DNA of 64,000 bases, from NCBI GenBank assembly GCA_045613045.1, contig JAZLAF010000013.1:22802-86801 (forward strand), read 5' to 3'. The notes beneath the pieces are model-generated. The model saw only the letters and a list, made by a program, of their open reading frames with translations, was not told the DNA's origin and searched no databases. The position numbers and the translations under genes were made by a program. This document shows, piece after piece, positions 54,879 to 64,000 of the stretch. Each line of letters starts with the position of its first letter. Within the stretch, counting starts at the first letter, position 1. Origin of the DNA: Acutalibacteraceae bacterium (GTDB lineage: Bacteria; Bacillota; Clostridia; Oscillospirales; Acutalibacteraceae).

Positions 54879-57065
54879 ATGAAAAACATTAAAAATGCAA
54901 AATGGATAAGACATCCCGAAGTGCACGTTGATAAGGCGGTTGATTTCTGCAAATCATTTGCCGCAAAGGGTAAGATTGCCTCGGCGACACTCGAAATCAC
55001 GGCTCTCGGTGTGTTTGAAGCAAAAATCAACGGCAAAAAGGTCGGTGATTTTGTTTTTGCTCCCGGCTGGACTTCCTACAACAAGCGTCTTCAGGTTGAA
55101 ACCTGCGACGTTACTGATTTGATTAAAGCAAATAATCGCATCGTTATCGGTGTTGCTCCCGGTTGGAGAGGCAACTATATGGCGGCACCTTTCCACTATG
55201 CAGGTAATTACATCGGCGCAAAAGAGGTAGCAATGCTTTGCGCTCTTGAAATCGTTTATGAAAACGGCGAAACCGAAGTGGTTTACAGCGGCAAGGATTG
55301 GAAAGCCAAGGAATCAAAGGTACGTTATTCCAATATTTATAACGGTTATATTTATGATTGCGACTACGTTGACACAAAGCCGAAAAGTGCGGTTGAATTT
55401 CCGCATCCCGATAATATTCTTATCGATAGAGTCGGTGAGAAAATCATTGAGGTTGAGCGAGTTGCCGCAAAGAAGCTTATTATCACCCCCAAGGGCGAAA
55501 CGGTTATCGATTTCGGTCAGAATCTGACGGGCTACGTTGAATTCACAATCAAGGGCAACGCAGGCGAGATGGCAACAATCCGCCACGCAGAGGTGCTTGA
55601 TGCCGAAGGCAATTTCTATACCGAAAACCTCCGAGGCGCAAAGGCGGAAGCTGTGTTTATCTGCAACGGCAAGAAGCAGACCTACAAGCCCCCCTACAAT
55701 TTCTACGGCTTCAGATATATCTGCCTTGACGGTTTCAGCGATGAAATCAAGCTCAAGAATTTCACTGCAGTTGTTGTTCATTCCGAAATGAAGAGAACAG
55801 GCTATTTTGAGTGCTCTGATGCGAGAATCAACAAGCTGTTTTCAAATATCGTCTGGGGTCAGAGAGGCAATTTCCTCGACGTGCCCACAGACTGCCCCCA
55901 GCGTGACGAAAGACTCGGCTGGACGGGTGACGCACAGGTTTTCATAAAGACCGCAGCATATAACTATGACGTTGAGCGTTTCTTCATCAAGTGGCTCGGT
56001 GATTTGAGAGCCGATCAAACCGTGTGGGGCACGGTTCCTCACGTTATTCCCGACGTTTTCGGCGTTGACGATGAATGCTCATCCGCTTGGGCAGATGCGG
56101 CAACGGTTTGCCCGTGGCAGATTTATCTTTCATATGCAAACAAGCAGATTCTTGAGGATTCTGCCGATTCGATGAAAGATTATATCGATTATATCAAAAC
56201 AAGACTTGTTGACGGACTCTGGGTACAACATTGGCATTTCGGCGACTGGCTCAATCTCGATGCAAGTACGGCTGAGGACTGCAGCAAGGGTACTGATAAA
56301 TTGCTTATCGCAACGGCATTTTTCATTTATTCAAGCGAAATCTTTATCAAGACTCTGAAGATTCTCGGTAAAGAGAGCGAAGAATACGAAGCACTCCGCA
56401 ATGAGTCAATCAAGGCTTTCCTCAATAAATATATGAAGGAAGGCAGAATTGCTCCTGATTATGCAACACAGACCGCTTGTGCTCTTGCCCTGCATTTCGG
56501 TATCACCGATAATGCAAAGGAAACTGCCGCACAGCTTGCAGAGCTTGTTTCTGAATGCGGTCACATCAAGACGGGTTTCGTAGGTACTCCCTATATCCTT
56601 CATGCACTCAGTGATAACGGCTACACAAAACTTGCATATGACCTTGTTCTCCGTGAAGAATATCCCTCTTGGCTGTTCTCCGTCAAGATGGGCGCAACAA
56701 CCATCTGGGAGCATTGGGACAGCGTTCGTGAGGACGGCACAATGTGGAGCACAACGATGAACTCCTTCAACCACTATGCTTACGGTTGCGTGGGCGATTG
56801 GCTTTACGGCGATGCAGCAGGCATCAAAGCTGACGAGAGCAATCCCGGTTACGCAAACATCATCTTCCGTCCGCTTACAGACGAAAGACTCGATTACGTC
56901 AAGGCTTCTCTTGAAACACGCAAGGGTCTTGTTAAATCCGAGTGGAAGAGAGAAAACGGCAAGGTTACTTATACTTTTGTTGTTCCCGAGGAGAGCACAG
57001 CAACCGCATATATCGGCGGCAAGAAATACGTTCTTAAAGCCGGAACCAATGAAATAACAGAATAA
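54879..57065 (+). CDS. Alpha-L-rhamnosidase (GH78)
   Basis: IDFGQNLTG, FYGFRY, PTDCPQRDERLGWTGDAQ, GDWL, GATTIWEHW, SFNHYAYG; GGAGG RBS before ATG at 54879. Confidence 0.92.
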   Translation: MKNIKNAKWIRHPEVHVDKAVDFCKSFAAKGKIASATLEITALGVFEAKINGKKVGDFVFAPGWTSYNKRLQVETCDVTDLIKANNRIVIGVAPGWRGNYMAAPFHYAGNYIGAKEVAMLCALEIVYENGETEVVYSGKDWKAKESKVRYSNIYNGYIYDCDYVDTKPKSAVEFPHPDNILIDRVGEKIIEVERVAAKKLIITPKGETVIDFGQNLTGYVEFTIKGNAGEMATIRHAEVLDAEGNFYTENLRGAKAEAVFICNGKKQTYKPPYNFYGFRYICLDGFSDEIKLKNFTAVVVHSEMKRTGYFECSDARINKLFSNIVWGQRGNFLDVPTDCPQRDERLGWTGDAQVFIKTAAYNYDVERFFIKWLGDLRADQTVWGTVPHVIPDVFGVDDECSSAWADAATVCPWQIYLSYANKQILEDSADSMKDYIDYIKTRLVDGLWVQHWHFGDWLNLDASTAEDCSKGTDKLLIATAFFIYSSEIFIKTLKILGKESEEYEALRNESIKAFLNKYMKEGRIAPDYATQTACALALHFGITDNAKETAAQLAELVSECGHIKTGFVGTPYILHALSDNGYTKLAYDLVLREEYPSWLFSVKMGATTIWEHWDSVREDGTMWSTTMNSFNHYAYGCVGDWLYGDAAGIKADESNPGYANIIFRPLTDERLDYVKASLETRKGLVKSEWKRENGKVTYTFVVPEESTATAYIGGKKYVLKAGTNEITE

Positions 57066-57067
57066 TA

Positions 57068-57100
57068 AAAAGGCAGGGTGTGATGAGCACCCTGCCTTTT
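57068..57100 (+). terminator. Terminator after GH78
   Basis: AAAAGGCAGGGTG-TGATGAG-CACCCTGCCTTTT. Confidence 0.85.
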
Positions 57101-57106
57101 GCATAT

Positions 57107-57136
57107 AAAAAAGCCCCGCATCCGAAGATACGGGGC
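57107..57136 (-). terminator. Terminator of the convergent lipoprotein gene
   Basis: GCCCCG..ATC-CGAA-GAT..CGGGGC stem with a plus-strand A tract (U tract on the minus strand). Confidence 0.7.
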
Positions 57137-57156
57137 GAAATGCCGATTAATTAAGA

Positions 57157-58002
57157 TTAATAAGCGATTTCTGTGAACTTACCTGTTGTCTTTGCGGAAC
57201 CTGAGCCGTTAACGTTACCAACAAGGATCTTGAGTGAAAGAGTTGCTGCGAAATCGTACTGGTATGCGATTTCAGCAATCTTATTGTCAACTACCTTAAC
57301 AGTAACCTTGATGTTTGTGTACTTAACGTTTGTTTCCTTAAGAGTGATAAGGCTGCCTGCTGTATCCTTGATACCTGCGTCAACTTCTTCGTGTGTGATG
57401 AAGTCGTTTGTGAATCTTGAAAGAGCAGTTGCATTTGTCTTCTTGGGGTTAGTTGCGTTAGCAATTGTGAAGCTGTAAGTGCCTGTAGCTGCATCATACT
57501 TGAAATCAGCAAGGTCAGCTTCTGTTACCTTTGAAGCCTTGATCTGATAGTCATCATCGGGAGTGTCTTTGGGGAATGTGCCTGTCTTTGTGCCGATACC
57601 GAGGAAGCCACCAACAACTGAGCTGAGGTCGGAGTTTTCGTCGATCATCTTGATAACCTTGTTGAGAGCATCTGTCATGTTACCAACGTCGATGGGGTTA
57701 ACGTAGGAGCAAGTTCTGTTGAACTTGTAGCTGCCCTTTGCTGCCTTAGCTGTTTCAGCGTTAAGGAAAGCTGCGAACTGAGCTGCTGTCATTTCGCCAG
57801 CGGGAGCTGCTGCTGAGGGATCAACAACTGCTGAGGGATCGTCAACAACGGGTGTGTCTGCTACGGGAGCATCTGTTGCGGGTGCTTCTGTTGATTCTTC
57901 AACGGGAGCTGCTGTTGTTGTTTCGGGTTCGTTGTTACCGCCGCAAGCTGCAAATGCGAAGAGCATTGAGAGTGCGAGGAGAACTGCGAGAATCTTTTTC
58001 AT
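57157..58002 (-). CDS. Lipoprotein with Pro/Ala/Thr/Asp-rich linker
   Basis: MKKILAVLLALSMLFAFAAC lipobox; GGAGG RBS at the 58002 start; linker ETTTAAPVEESTEAPATDAPVADTPVVDDPSAVVDPSAAA. Confidence 0.8.
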   Translation of the reverse strand: MKKILAVLLALSMLFAFAACGGNNEPETTTAAPVEESTEAPATDAPVADTPVVDDPSAVVDPSAAAPAGEMTAAQFAAFLNAETAKAAKGSYKFNRTCSYVNPIDVGNMTDALNKVIKMIDENSDLSSVVGGFLGIGTKTGTFPKDTPDDDYQIKASKVTEADLADFKYDAATGTYSFTIANATNPKKTNATALSRFTNDFITHEEVDAGIKDTAGSLITLKETNVKYTNIKVTVKVVDNKIAEIAYQYDFAATLSLKILVGNVNGSGSAKTTGKFTEIAY

Positions 58003-58222
58003 GGTTTTTTCCTCCTGAAAAAATATAGTTTTGACGGAATGCACAGATGATATGCATTCCGCACATCCGCTTATAATAAAAATACTACACAAAACAGGCT
58101 TTGTCAAGAATGATTTTGTTTCTTAATGATTAAATATTATTTACATTTTATTAAATAATTAATGGTGACAGAACAGAAAAAATATGTTATAATAACTCTA
58201 ATTATACTGGAGGACTATACAC

Positions 58223-58987
58223 ATGGCAATTAAAAAGTTTGTTTCGTGGAATGTTAACGGAATAAGAGCTTGTCTCGGCAAAGATTTTTATGAGAGTTTC
58301 GCCTCTCTCGATGCCGATATCTTCTGTCTGCAGGAAACAAAGATGCAGGAGGGTCAGGCGGAGCTTATCCTTGACGGATATCACCAGTATTGGAACTATG
58401 CCGAGAAAAAAGGTTATTCGGGCACCGCAATATTCACAAAGGAAGAACCGGTATCCGTTTCTTACGGTCTCGGAATTCCCGAGCACGATACAGAGGGCAG
58501 AGTCATCACCCTTGAATTTGAAGATTATTATTTTATAACCGTATACGTGCCCAACGCAAGAGACGGCCTGGTGCGTCTTGATTACCGTATGGAATGGGAA
58601 GATGCATTCAGAGAATATATTCTGAAGCTCAACGAAAAGAAACCCGTTATTTTCTGCGGTGACCTCAACGTTGCGCACAACGAAATCGACCTCAAGAATC
58701 CCAAATCAAACCGACACAACCCCGGCTTCACCGATGAGGAGAGAGGCAAGTTCAACGCTATGCTTGACAGCGGTTTCGTTGATACCTTCAGATATTTTTA
58801 CCCCGACCTTGAAGGCGCTTACAGCTGGTGGAGCTACAGATTCTCCGCAAGAGCAAAGAACGCAGGTTGGAGAATTGACTATTTTATCGTATCCGAAAGG
58901 CTTAAAGAGAGTCTTAAGGATGCTAAAATTCATAATGAAATTTTCGGCTCTGACCACTGTCCCGTTGAGCTGATCATAGAACTGTGA
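58223..58987 (+). CDS. xth: Exodeoxyribonuclease III (AP endonuclease)
   Basis: [43 protein letters not shown]. Confidence 0.95.
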   Translation: MAIKKFVSWNVNGIRACLGKDFYESFASLDADIFCLQETKMQEGQAELILDGYHQYWNYAEKKGYSGTAIFTKEEPVSVSYGLGIPEHDTEGRVITLEFEDYYFITVYVPNARDGLVRLDYRMEWEDAFREYILKLNEKKPVIFCGDLNVAHNEIDLKNPKSNRHNPGFTDEERGKFNAMLDSGFVDTFRYFYPDLEGAYSWWSYRFSARAKNAGWRIDYFIVSERLKESLKDAKIHNEIFGSDHCPVELIIEL

Positions 58988-58997
58988 GGAGATAAAA

Positions 58998-60284
58998 ATG
59001 AAAGATAAAGCACTCAAGATAATCGCTGCCGTTCTTGCGGCAACAACCGTTGTTTCGGTTGCAGCGTTTTTTCTGACAAAGGATAAGGATTTTTCGGGCA
59101 AACCTTCAGAAAAGGATGCAATTATTTATTCTTATGATAACAGTGAACTCACAAAGGCTGTTTCTGTCAAAGGCACAAACGGTGAAGTTTATTTGCCCAC
59201 AGATTTTGAAAACGTTTATTTCACAGCCGATCTGCAGAATAAAGTTTCTTTCTTTGAATATGCAAACGGCGCTTTTACGGCAAGTGCACTTCCTGTAAAG
59301 CAGGTGGAGGCAAATCTTTCCGCAACTTATGAAACCATTCCCATAACGGTAAATTATATAGAAAAAGACGGCAAAGTATTCGGTATCGGCATTTTCACAT
59401 CCGATATGGATTCCTCCGTTGACGTATATTCCTATGCTTTTGTCAAGCTGACAAATAAGCCTGCAGGATACGGCACCGGTCACCTTCTTCTTGCTGATTT
59501 TGAAAAAGAAAATTTCTACAGCACAGAAAAAATCTATTCCGAAATCTATAATTTCGATATTTCTTCAGGTAAATCAAGCACTTACGTTTCAAACAATACC
59601 CGTCTGATTGATAAAAACGGTACGTTCAGAAACGATTGGACAATGCTTACAGATGAATTTATCGCAAACCTCGGCAATGCAAAATATTTCTTCTCATCAA
59701 GATATTATACCGCTGCTGAAAAAGGCGCAAGAGCAGATATTATGGTACTTTCAGACGCCTACAGACCCGAAATCGTTGCTGAAGATATTCTCGGCATCTG
59801 GCTTGTCAACGATGCAAACGGTATGCATTATCTTCGCAAAACTGAAAAAGGCTTTAACAACGTAATCAATCAGAATAAAACAGAAAAAGTTCTCACAGAG
59901 TTTGAAGGCGATTATTTTGCCGATTACATTCAGGACGGCAAATGGCTCATAAACAAAAAGAGCCTTGTTGTGACCGACCTTATGACCGGTGCAACAAAGA
60001 CTCTTAAAAACGTTGATATAACTGCTTTTGATACCGTTACGGTTTCTCCTGACGGAAACAAATTTGTTTTTTCTGCAAAAGGAATCAGAAACGATAACAA
60101 TGCGATTGTTCAGCAGCTTGTGTTCTGCACGGCTGACGGATCGAAAGAACCCGTAACTTATGCAGAGCCCCTTCTTTTTGCTGAAAGCTCCGACTTTATC
60201 TGGCTTGATAACAATAACGTTATGTTTGCCAGAGCAACCGTTGCCGACGGCTCAAAGGTCGCAAGTGTAGTTTACGCTTATTAA
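58998..60284 (+). CDS. Exported hypothetical protein, possibly beta-propeller-like
   Basis: N-terminal TM; beta-rich sequence with VTVSPDGNKFVFS. Confidence 0.65.
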   Translation: MKDKALKIIAAVLAATTVVSVAAFFLTKDKDFSGKPSEKDAIIYSYDNSELTKAVSVKGTNGEVYLPTDFENVYFTADLQNKVSFFEYANGAFTASALPVKQVEANLSATYETIPITVNYIEKDGKVFGIGIFTSDMDSSVDVYSYAFVKLTNKPAGYGTGHLLLADFEKENFYSTEKIYSEIYNFDISSGKSSTYVSNNTRLIDKNGTFRNDWTMLTDEFIANLGNAKYFFSSRYYTAAEKGARADIMVLSDAYRPEIVAEDILGIWLVNDANGMHYLRKTEKGFNNVINQNKTEKVLTEFEGDYFADYIQDGKWLINKKSLVVTDLMTGATKTLKNVDITAFDTVTVSPDGNKFVFSAKGIRNDNNAIVQQLVFCTADGSKEPVTYAEPLLFAESSDFIWLDNNNVMFARATVADGSKVASVVYAY

Positions 60285-60782
60285 TTAAACGTTTTCTGCT
60301 CTGAAATCAAGCTTGATTTCATCGTGCTCGAGAGTAAGAGCAGTATATTTAACTCCTGCGGAGTCAAACATTCTTTTGGATGCTCTTGTGCCGGGAGTGT
60401 CGGCATATTTATCGGAGAGATAATAAACCTCTTTGATGCCGCACTGGATAATTGCCTTTGCGCATTCGTTGCAGGGGAAGAGAGCAACGTAGATTTTGCA
60501 GCCCTCAAGGCTTGAACCGCCGTTGTTGAGAATGGCGTTAAGCTCTGCGTGGCAAACGTAAGGGTATTTTGTTTCATATGCGTCGCCGCTTCTCTCCCAA
60601 GGGAAACAGTCGTCGCTGCAGCCTCTGGGGAAACCGTTATAACCGACGGACATAATCTTGTTGCTGTTATTTACGATGCAGGCACCTACCTGAGTGTTGG
60701 GGTCTTTGCTGCGGCGGGCAGAGAGCATTGCGATACCCATAAAATATTCGTCCCAGGAAATATAATCTTCTCTTTTAGGCAT
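60285..60782 (-). CDS. dCMP deaminase family protein
   Basis: WDEYFMGIA, RSKDPNTQVGA, HAELNA, PCNECAK zinc motif. Confidence 0.92.
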   Translation of the reverse strand: MPKREDYISWDEYFMGIAMLSARRSKDPNTQVGACIVNNSNKIMSVGYNGFPRGCSDDCFPWERSGDAYETKYPYVCHAELNAILNNGGSSLEGCKIYVALFPCNECAKAIIQCGIKEVYYLSDKYADTPGTRASKRMFDSAGVKYTALTLEHDEIKLDFRAENV

Positions 60783-60913
60783 AAAATCTGCTCCTTTTCA
60801 GTGGTTTTTATGTTACAAATGAAATTTTAGCATATAAAAACGAATAATACAACATCAAACATAAATAAATTTACGGAAGAAAGCTTCCGAAACTGTCCTA
60901 TGAGGTGATTCAA

Positions 60914-63676
60914 ATGGGTTTTTTAACCAAAATTTTCGGTGACTACTCAACAAAAGAAATCAAACGCATTAAGCCCCTTTGCGACAAGGTGCTTGAGCTT
61001 GAGGAGGAGTATTCAAAGCTTACAGACGAGCAGCTTCAGGCTAAAACTCCCGAGTTCAAAGAGCGTCTTGCAAAAGGTGAAACGCTTGACGATATTCTTC
61101 CCGAGGCTTTTGCCGCTTGCCGAGAGGCATCGTGGCGAGTTATCGGTATGAAGCATTTCCCCGTTCAGATTATCGGCGGTATCATTCTGCATCAGGGCAG
61201 AATTGCCGAAATGAGAACAGGTGAAGGTAAAACCCTCGTTGCTACTCTCCCTGCATACCTTAATGCACTTTCAGGAGAGGGTGTACACATCGTTACTGTC
61301 AACGACTATCTTGCACGTCGAGACAGTGAATGGATGGGCAAAGTATACCGTTTTATGGGTCTTACCGTCGGTCTTATCGTTCACGAGAAAGAAAATCCTG
61401 AGCGTAAAGAAGCCTATGCCGCAGATATTACCTACGGCACAAACAACGAAATGGGCTTCGACTACCTTCGTGATAATATGGTTGTTTATAAAGAACACAA
61501 GGTACAGAGAGGTCATAGTTATGCCGTTGTCGACGAAGTTGACTCAATCCTTATCGACGAAGCAAGAACTCCTCTTATCATTTCAGGCAGAGGCGAAAAG
61601 TCAACTGACCTTTATAAAATGGCAAACCGCTTTGCTCTTATGCTCAAATGCGTAAGAATCAAGGAAGTTCAGTCCAAAGAGAATATTGAGGACCTTGTCG
61701 GAGAGGATTGCGATTACGTAGTTGACGAGAAGGCAAAGACCGCAACTCTTACCAAATCAGGTGTTGCAAAAGCTGAAAAGTTCTTCAATCTCGAAAACCT
61801 TATGGATGCAGAGAATATGACAATTCAGCACCATATCAATCAGGCAATCAAGGCAATCGGTGTTATGAAGCGTGACGTTGACTACGTTGTCAAGGATAAT
61901 CAGGTGCTTATCGTTGACGAGTTTACGGGCAGAATTATGCTCGGCAGACGCTACAACGAAGGTCTGCATCAGGCTATCGAAGCAAAAGAAAACGTGAGCG
62001 TTGAACACGAGAGCAAAACTCTCGCAACAATCACCTTCCAGAATTATTTCCGTCTCTATAAGAAGCTTTCGGGTATGACGGGTACGGCGATGACGGAGGA
62101 ATCCGAATTCAACCAGATTTACGGTCTTGACGTTATCGAGATTCCCACAAACAAGCCAATGATAAGAAAAGACCTGCCCGACGTTGTTTATAAAACAGAA
62201 AAAGCAAAGTTTGAGGCGGTTATTCAGGTTATTGAAGAGTGTCACGAAAAGGGACAGCCTGTGCTTGTAGGTACGGTTTCAATCGAAAAATCCGAACTTC
62301 TCAGCCTTCTTCTTAAGAGAAAGGGTATCAAGCACGAAGTTCTCAACGCAAAGCATCACGAAAAAGAAGCTGAAATCGTTGCTCAGGCAGGTAAGCTTGG
62401 TGCGGTAACGATTGCTACAAATATGGCGGGTCGAGGCACGGATATCAAGCTCGGCGGTAACTCCGAGTATCTTGCGAAGTCCGAAATGCGCCGTATGGGT
62501 TGCACAGAGGAGCTTATTGCCGAGGCAACCGGTTTTGCTGAAACAGATAATCAGGAAATTCTTGATGCAAGAGCTCTTTACACTTCTCTTGAAAAGAAAT
62601 ACGATTCCGAAATTGCTCCCGAGGCAGAAAAGGTAAGAGAGGCAGGCGGTCTCTTTATCGTCGGCACAGAGCGTCACGAATCCAGACGAATCGATAACCA
62701 GCTCAGAGGTCGTTCAGGCCGTCAGGGTGACCCCGGCGCAAGCCGTTTCTTCCTCTCAACAGAGGACGATCTCATGCGTCTTTTCGGCGGAGAAAGAATC
62801 AATGCCGTTATGAATACCCTGAAAACTCCCGAAGATATGCCCATTGAGGCGAAGCTCATCTCCAACACTATCGAAAGCGCACAGAAGAAGATTGAAGGCA
62901 GAAACTTCGGTATCAGAAAGAGCGTTCTTCAGTATGACGACGTTATGAACCGTCAGAGAGAGCTTATCTACAAGCAGAGAAATCAGGTGCTTGACGGAGA
63001 AGAACTCAAACCCGTCATCCTTCGCATGATCGAAGGAAGCATCACCGATGCGGTTGATATGTTCTGCTCTGCTCAGGCTTCAAAGAAAGAATGGAACGTC
63101 GAAGGTCTTGTTGAGAAGTTCAGAAGCTGGGGTATTGCTTCCGAAGGCGACTTTGAGGATATCAGTGATAAGGATGAAATCCGTGAAACCCTCATCGACA
63201 GAGCAATGGCAAGATATGAAGAAAGAGAAGAGCTTTTCGGCACAAATGAAAACGGCGAACCCGTTATGCGTGAGCTTGAGAAGATGATTCTTCTTCGCAC
63301 TGTTGACAGCAAGTGGATGGATCATATCGATGCGATGGATCAGCTTCGCAGAGGTATCGGTCTGCGTGCCTACGGTCAGACAGACCCCGTTGTTGCTTAC
63401 AGACAGGTCGGTTCTGATATGTTTGACGGTATGAACGAGGAAATCCGTGAAGATACCGCAAGAAATATGCTTATTGTTATGATCAGAAACAAGGAAGAGA
63501 CCAAGCGTGAGCAGACCGCAAAGATTACGGGCACAAGCGGTGCATCCGACGGAAGCGAAAAGGGCAGAACCGTCAAGAAGAAGGAAAAAGTTGCTCCCAA
63601 CGATCCTTGTCCCTGCGGCAGCGGCAAGAAATATAAGAAATGCTGCGGCGACGTTTCAAAAACCTCCGCAAATTAA
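60914..63676 (+). CDS. secA: Preprotein translocase ATPase SecA
   Basis: [49 protein letters not shown]-terminal [13 protein letters not shown]. Confidence 0.98.
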   Translation: MGFLTKIFGDYSTKEIKRIKPLCDKVLELEEEYSKLTDEQLQAKTPEFKERLAKGETLDDILPEAFAACREASWRVIGMKHFPVQIIGGIILHQGRIAEMRTGEGKTLVATLPAYLNALSGEGVHIVTVNDYLARRDSEWMGKVYRFMGLTVGLIVHEKENPERKEAYAADITYGTNNEMGFDYLRDNMVVYKEHKVQRGHSYAVVDEVDSILIDEARTPLIISGRGEKSTDLYKMANRFALMLKCVRIKEVQSKENIEDLVGEDCDYVVDEKAKTATLTKSGVAKAEKFFNLENLMDAENMTIQHHINQAIKAIGVMKRDVDYVVKDNQVLIVDEFTGRIMLGRRYNEGLHQAIEAKENVSVEHESKTLATITFQNYFRLYKKLSGMTGTAMTEESEFNQIYGLDVIEIPTNKPMIRKDLPDVVYKTEKAKFEAVIQVIEECHEKGQPVLVGTVSIEKSELLSLLLKRKGIKHEVLNAKHHEKEAEIVAQAGKLGAVTIATNMAGRGTDIKLGGNSEYLAKSEMRRMGCTEELIAEATGFAETDNQEILDARALYTSLEKKYDSEIAPEAEKVREAGGLFIVGTERHESRRIDNQLRGRSGRQGDPGASRFFLSTEDDLMRLFGGERINAVMNTLKTPEDMPIEAKLISNTIESAQKKIEGRNFGIRKSVLQYDDVMNRQRELIYKQRNQVLDGEELKPVILRMIEGSITDAVDMFCSAQASKKEWNVEGLVEKFRSWGIASEGDFEDISDKDEIRETLIDRAMARYEEREELFGTNENGEPVMRELEKMILLRTVDSKWMDHIDAMDQLRRGIGLRAYGQTDPVVAYRQVGSDMFDGMNEEIREDTARNMLIVMIRNKEETKREQTAKITGTSGASDGSEKGRTVKKKEKVAPNDPCPCGSGKKYKKCCGDVSKTSAN

Positions 63677-63690
63677 TCCGGATAAAAAAC

Positions 63691-63725
63691 AACCGCACTG
63701 CAAAAAACAGTGCGGTTAATTTTTT
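63691..63725. terminator. Bidirectional intrinsic terminator after secA
   Basis: AACCGCACTG-CAAAAAA-CAGTGCGGTT flanked by A and T tracts. Confidence 0.8.
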
Positions 63726-63996
63726 ATCCGATTTTTCTGCCGTTTTTGAGTTTTACCTTGCCAAACATAGGAACTTTGATGTAGCCATCAAAAGTATCAT
63801 CCTCGATTGTTACAACAAGAACGATGTCCTTGCCGGGGAGAAGGCTTGTTTCAACCGTTGCAGTGATTGTGTCATCATCTTCTTCAACGTCTTTAACTGT
63901 GATATCAGGAATTTTTACGTTAGGAATGTTAAGATTGAAGCCGTATTCGCCGTTATTGTCGAAAATTTCAAAATCAACGTCACCCGAGAAAAACAT
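63724..63996 (-). CDS. Small acidic beta-rich hypothetical protein (may extend past the right edge)
   Basis: 90-aa ORF with genome-like codon usage; the frame is still open at 63997-63999, so the true start is not certain. Confidence 0.55.
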   Translation of the reverse strand: MFFSGDVDFEIFDNNGEYGFNLNIPNVKIPDITVKDVEEDDDTITATVETSLLPGKDIVLVVTIEDDTFDGYIKVPMFGKVKLKNGRKIG

Positions 63997-64000
63997 TGTG

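Noticed and set aside
57066-57156. Two adjacent hairpins as a repeat element, att site or CRISPR remnant
   Set aside because: The stems are unrelated in sequence and oriented as terminators for the two convergent genes.
1-64000. CRISPR arrays, rRNA/tRNA, IS elements, prophage, defence islands, DnaA-box clusters
   Set aside because: No spaced direct repeats, RNA-gene signatures, transposase/integrase motifs, phage genes or TTATCCACA clusters were seen by eye, and codon style looks uniform.

Overview
About 64 kb of mostly core chromosome from a gut-type Clostridia bacterium (inferred Oscillospirales-like from gene content and sigma70/SigA-type promoters). I see no CRISPR array, rRNA, tRNA, transposase or prophage. 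Main blocks: (i) a GNAT-oxidoreductase fusion and an NAD epimerase; (ii) a 10-gene plus-strand run: ybaK, FGGY kinase, two lipoproteins, mreBCD, pbp2, minD, mnmE; (iii) a 13-gene minus-strand run: RnfD/E/A-like, small membrane protein, GH13, LCP, transglutaminase-like, folE-folP-folB-folK, DUF6472-like, PrsA-like; (iv) mecA-like and rpe; (v) ABC exporter and fucose catabolism (fucU, kinase, fucI); (vi) ABC-2 transporter, nadD/yqeK, rsfS, leuS, rpsU; (vii) a two-component system plus a CAP protein; (viii) permeases, a lipase-like protein, hflX, glyA-nanA, GH78, xth, dCMP deaminase and secA. Three real genes are absent from the ORF track: the edge-truncated fusion at 1-1155, the DUF6472-like gene and rpsU. 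Best candidates for novelty: an apparently cofactor-less (redox-dead) RnfD-E-A membrane module without rnfC/G/B; an orphan ~90-nt structured small RNA with its own promoter and terminator; a probable AUA start codon on nadD-yqeK; a 60-aa protein with a perfect consensus promoter; and a LeuRS with KMGKR in place of KMSKS. All family assignments come from motif recognition, not database searches.
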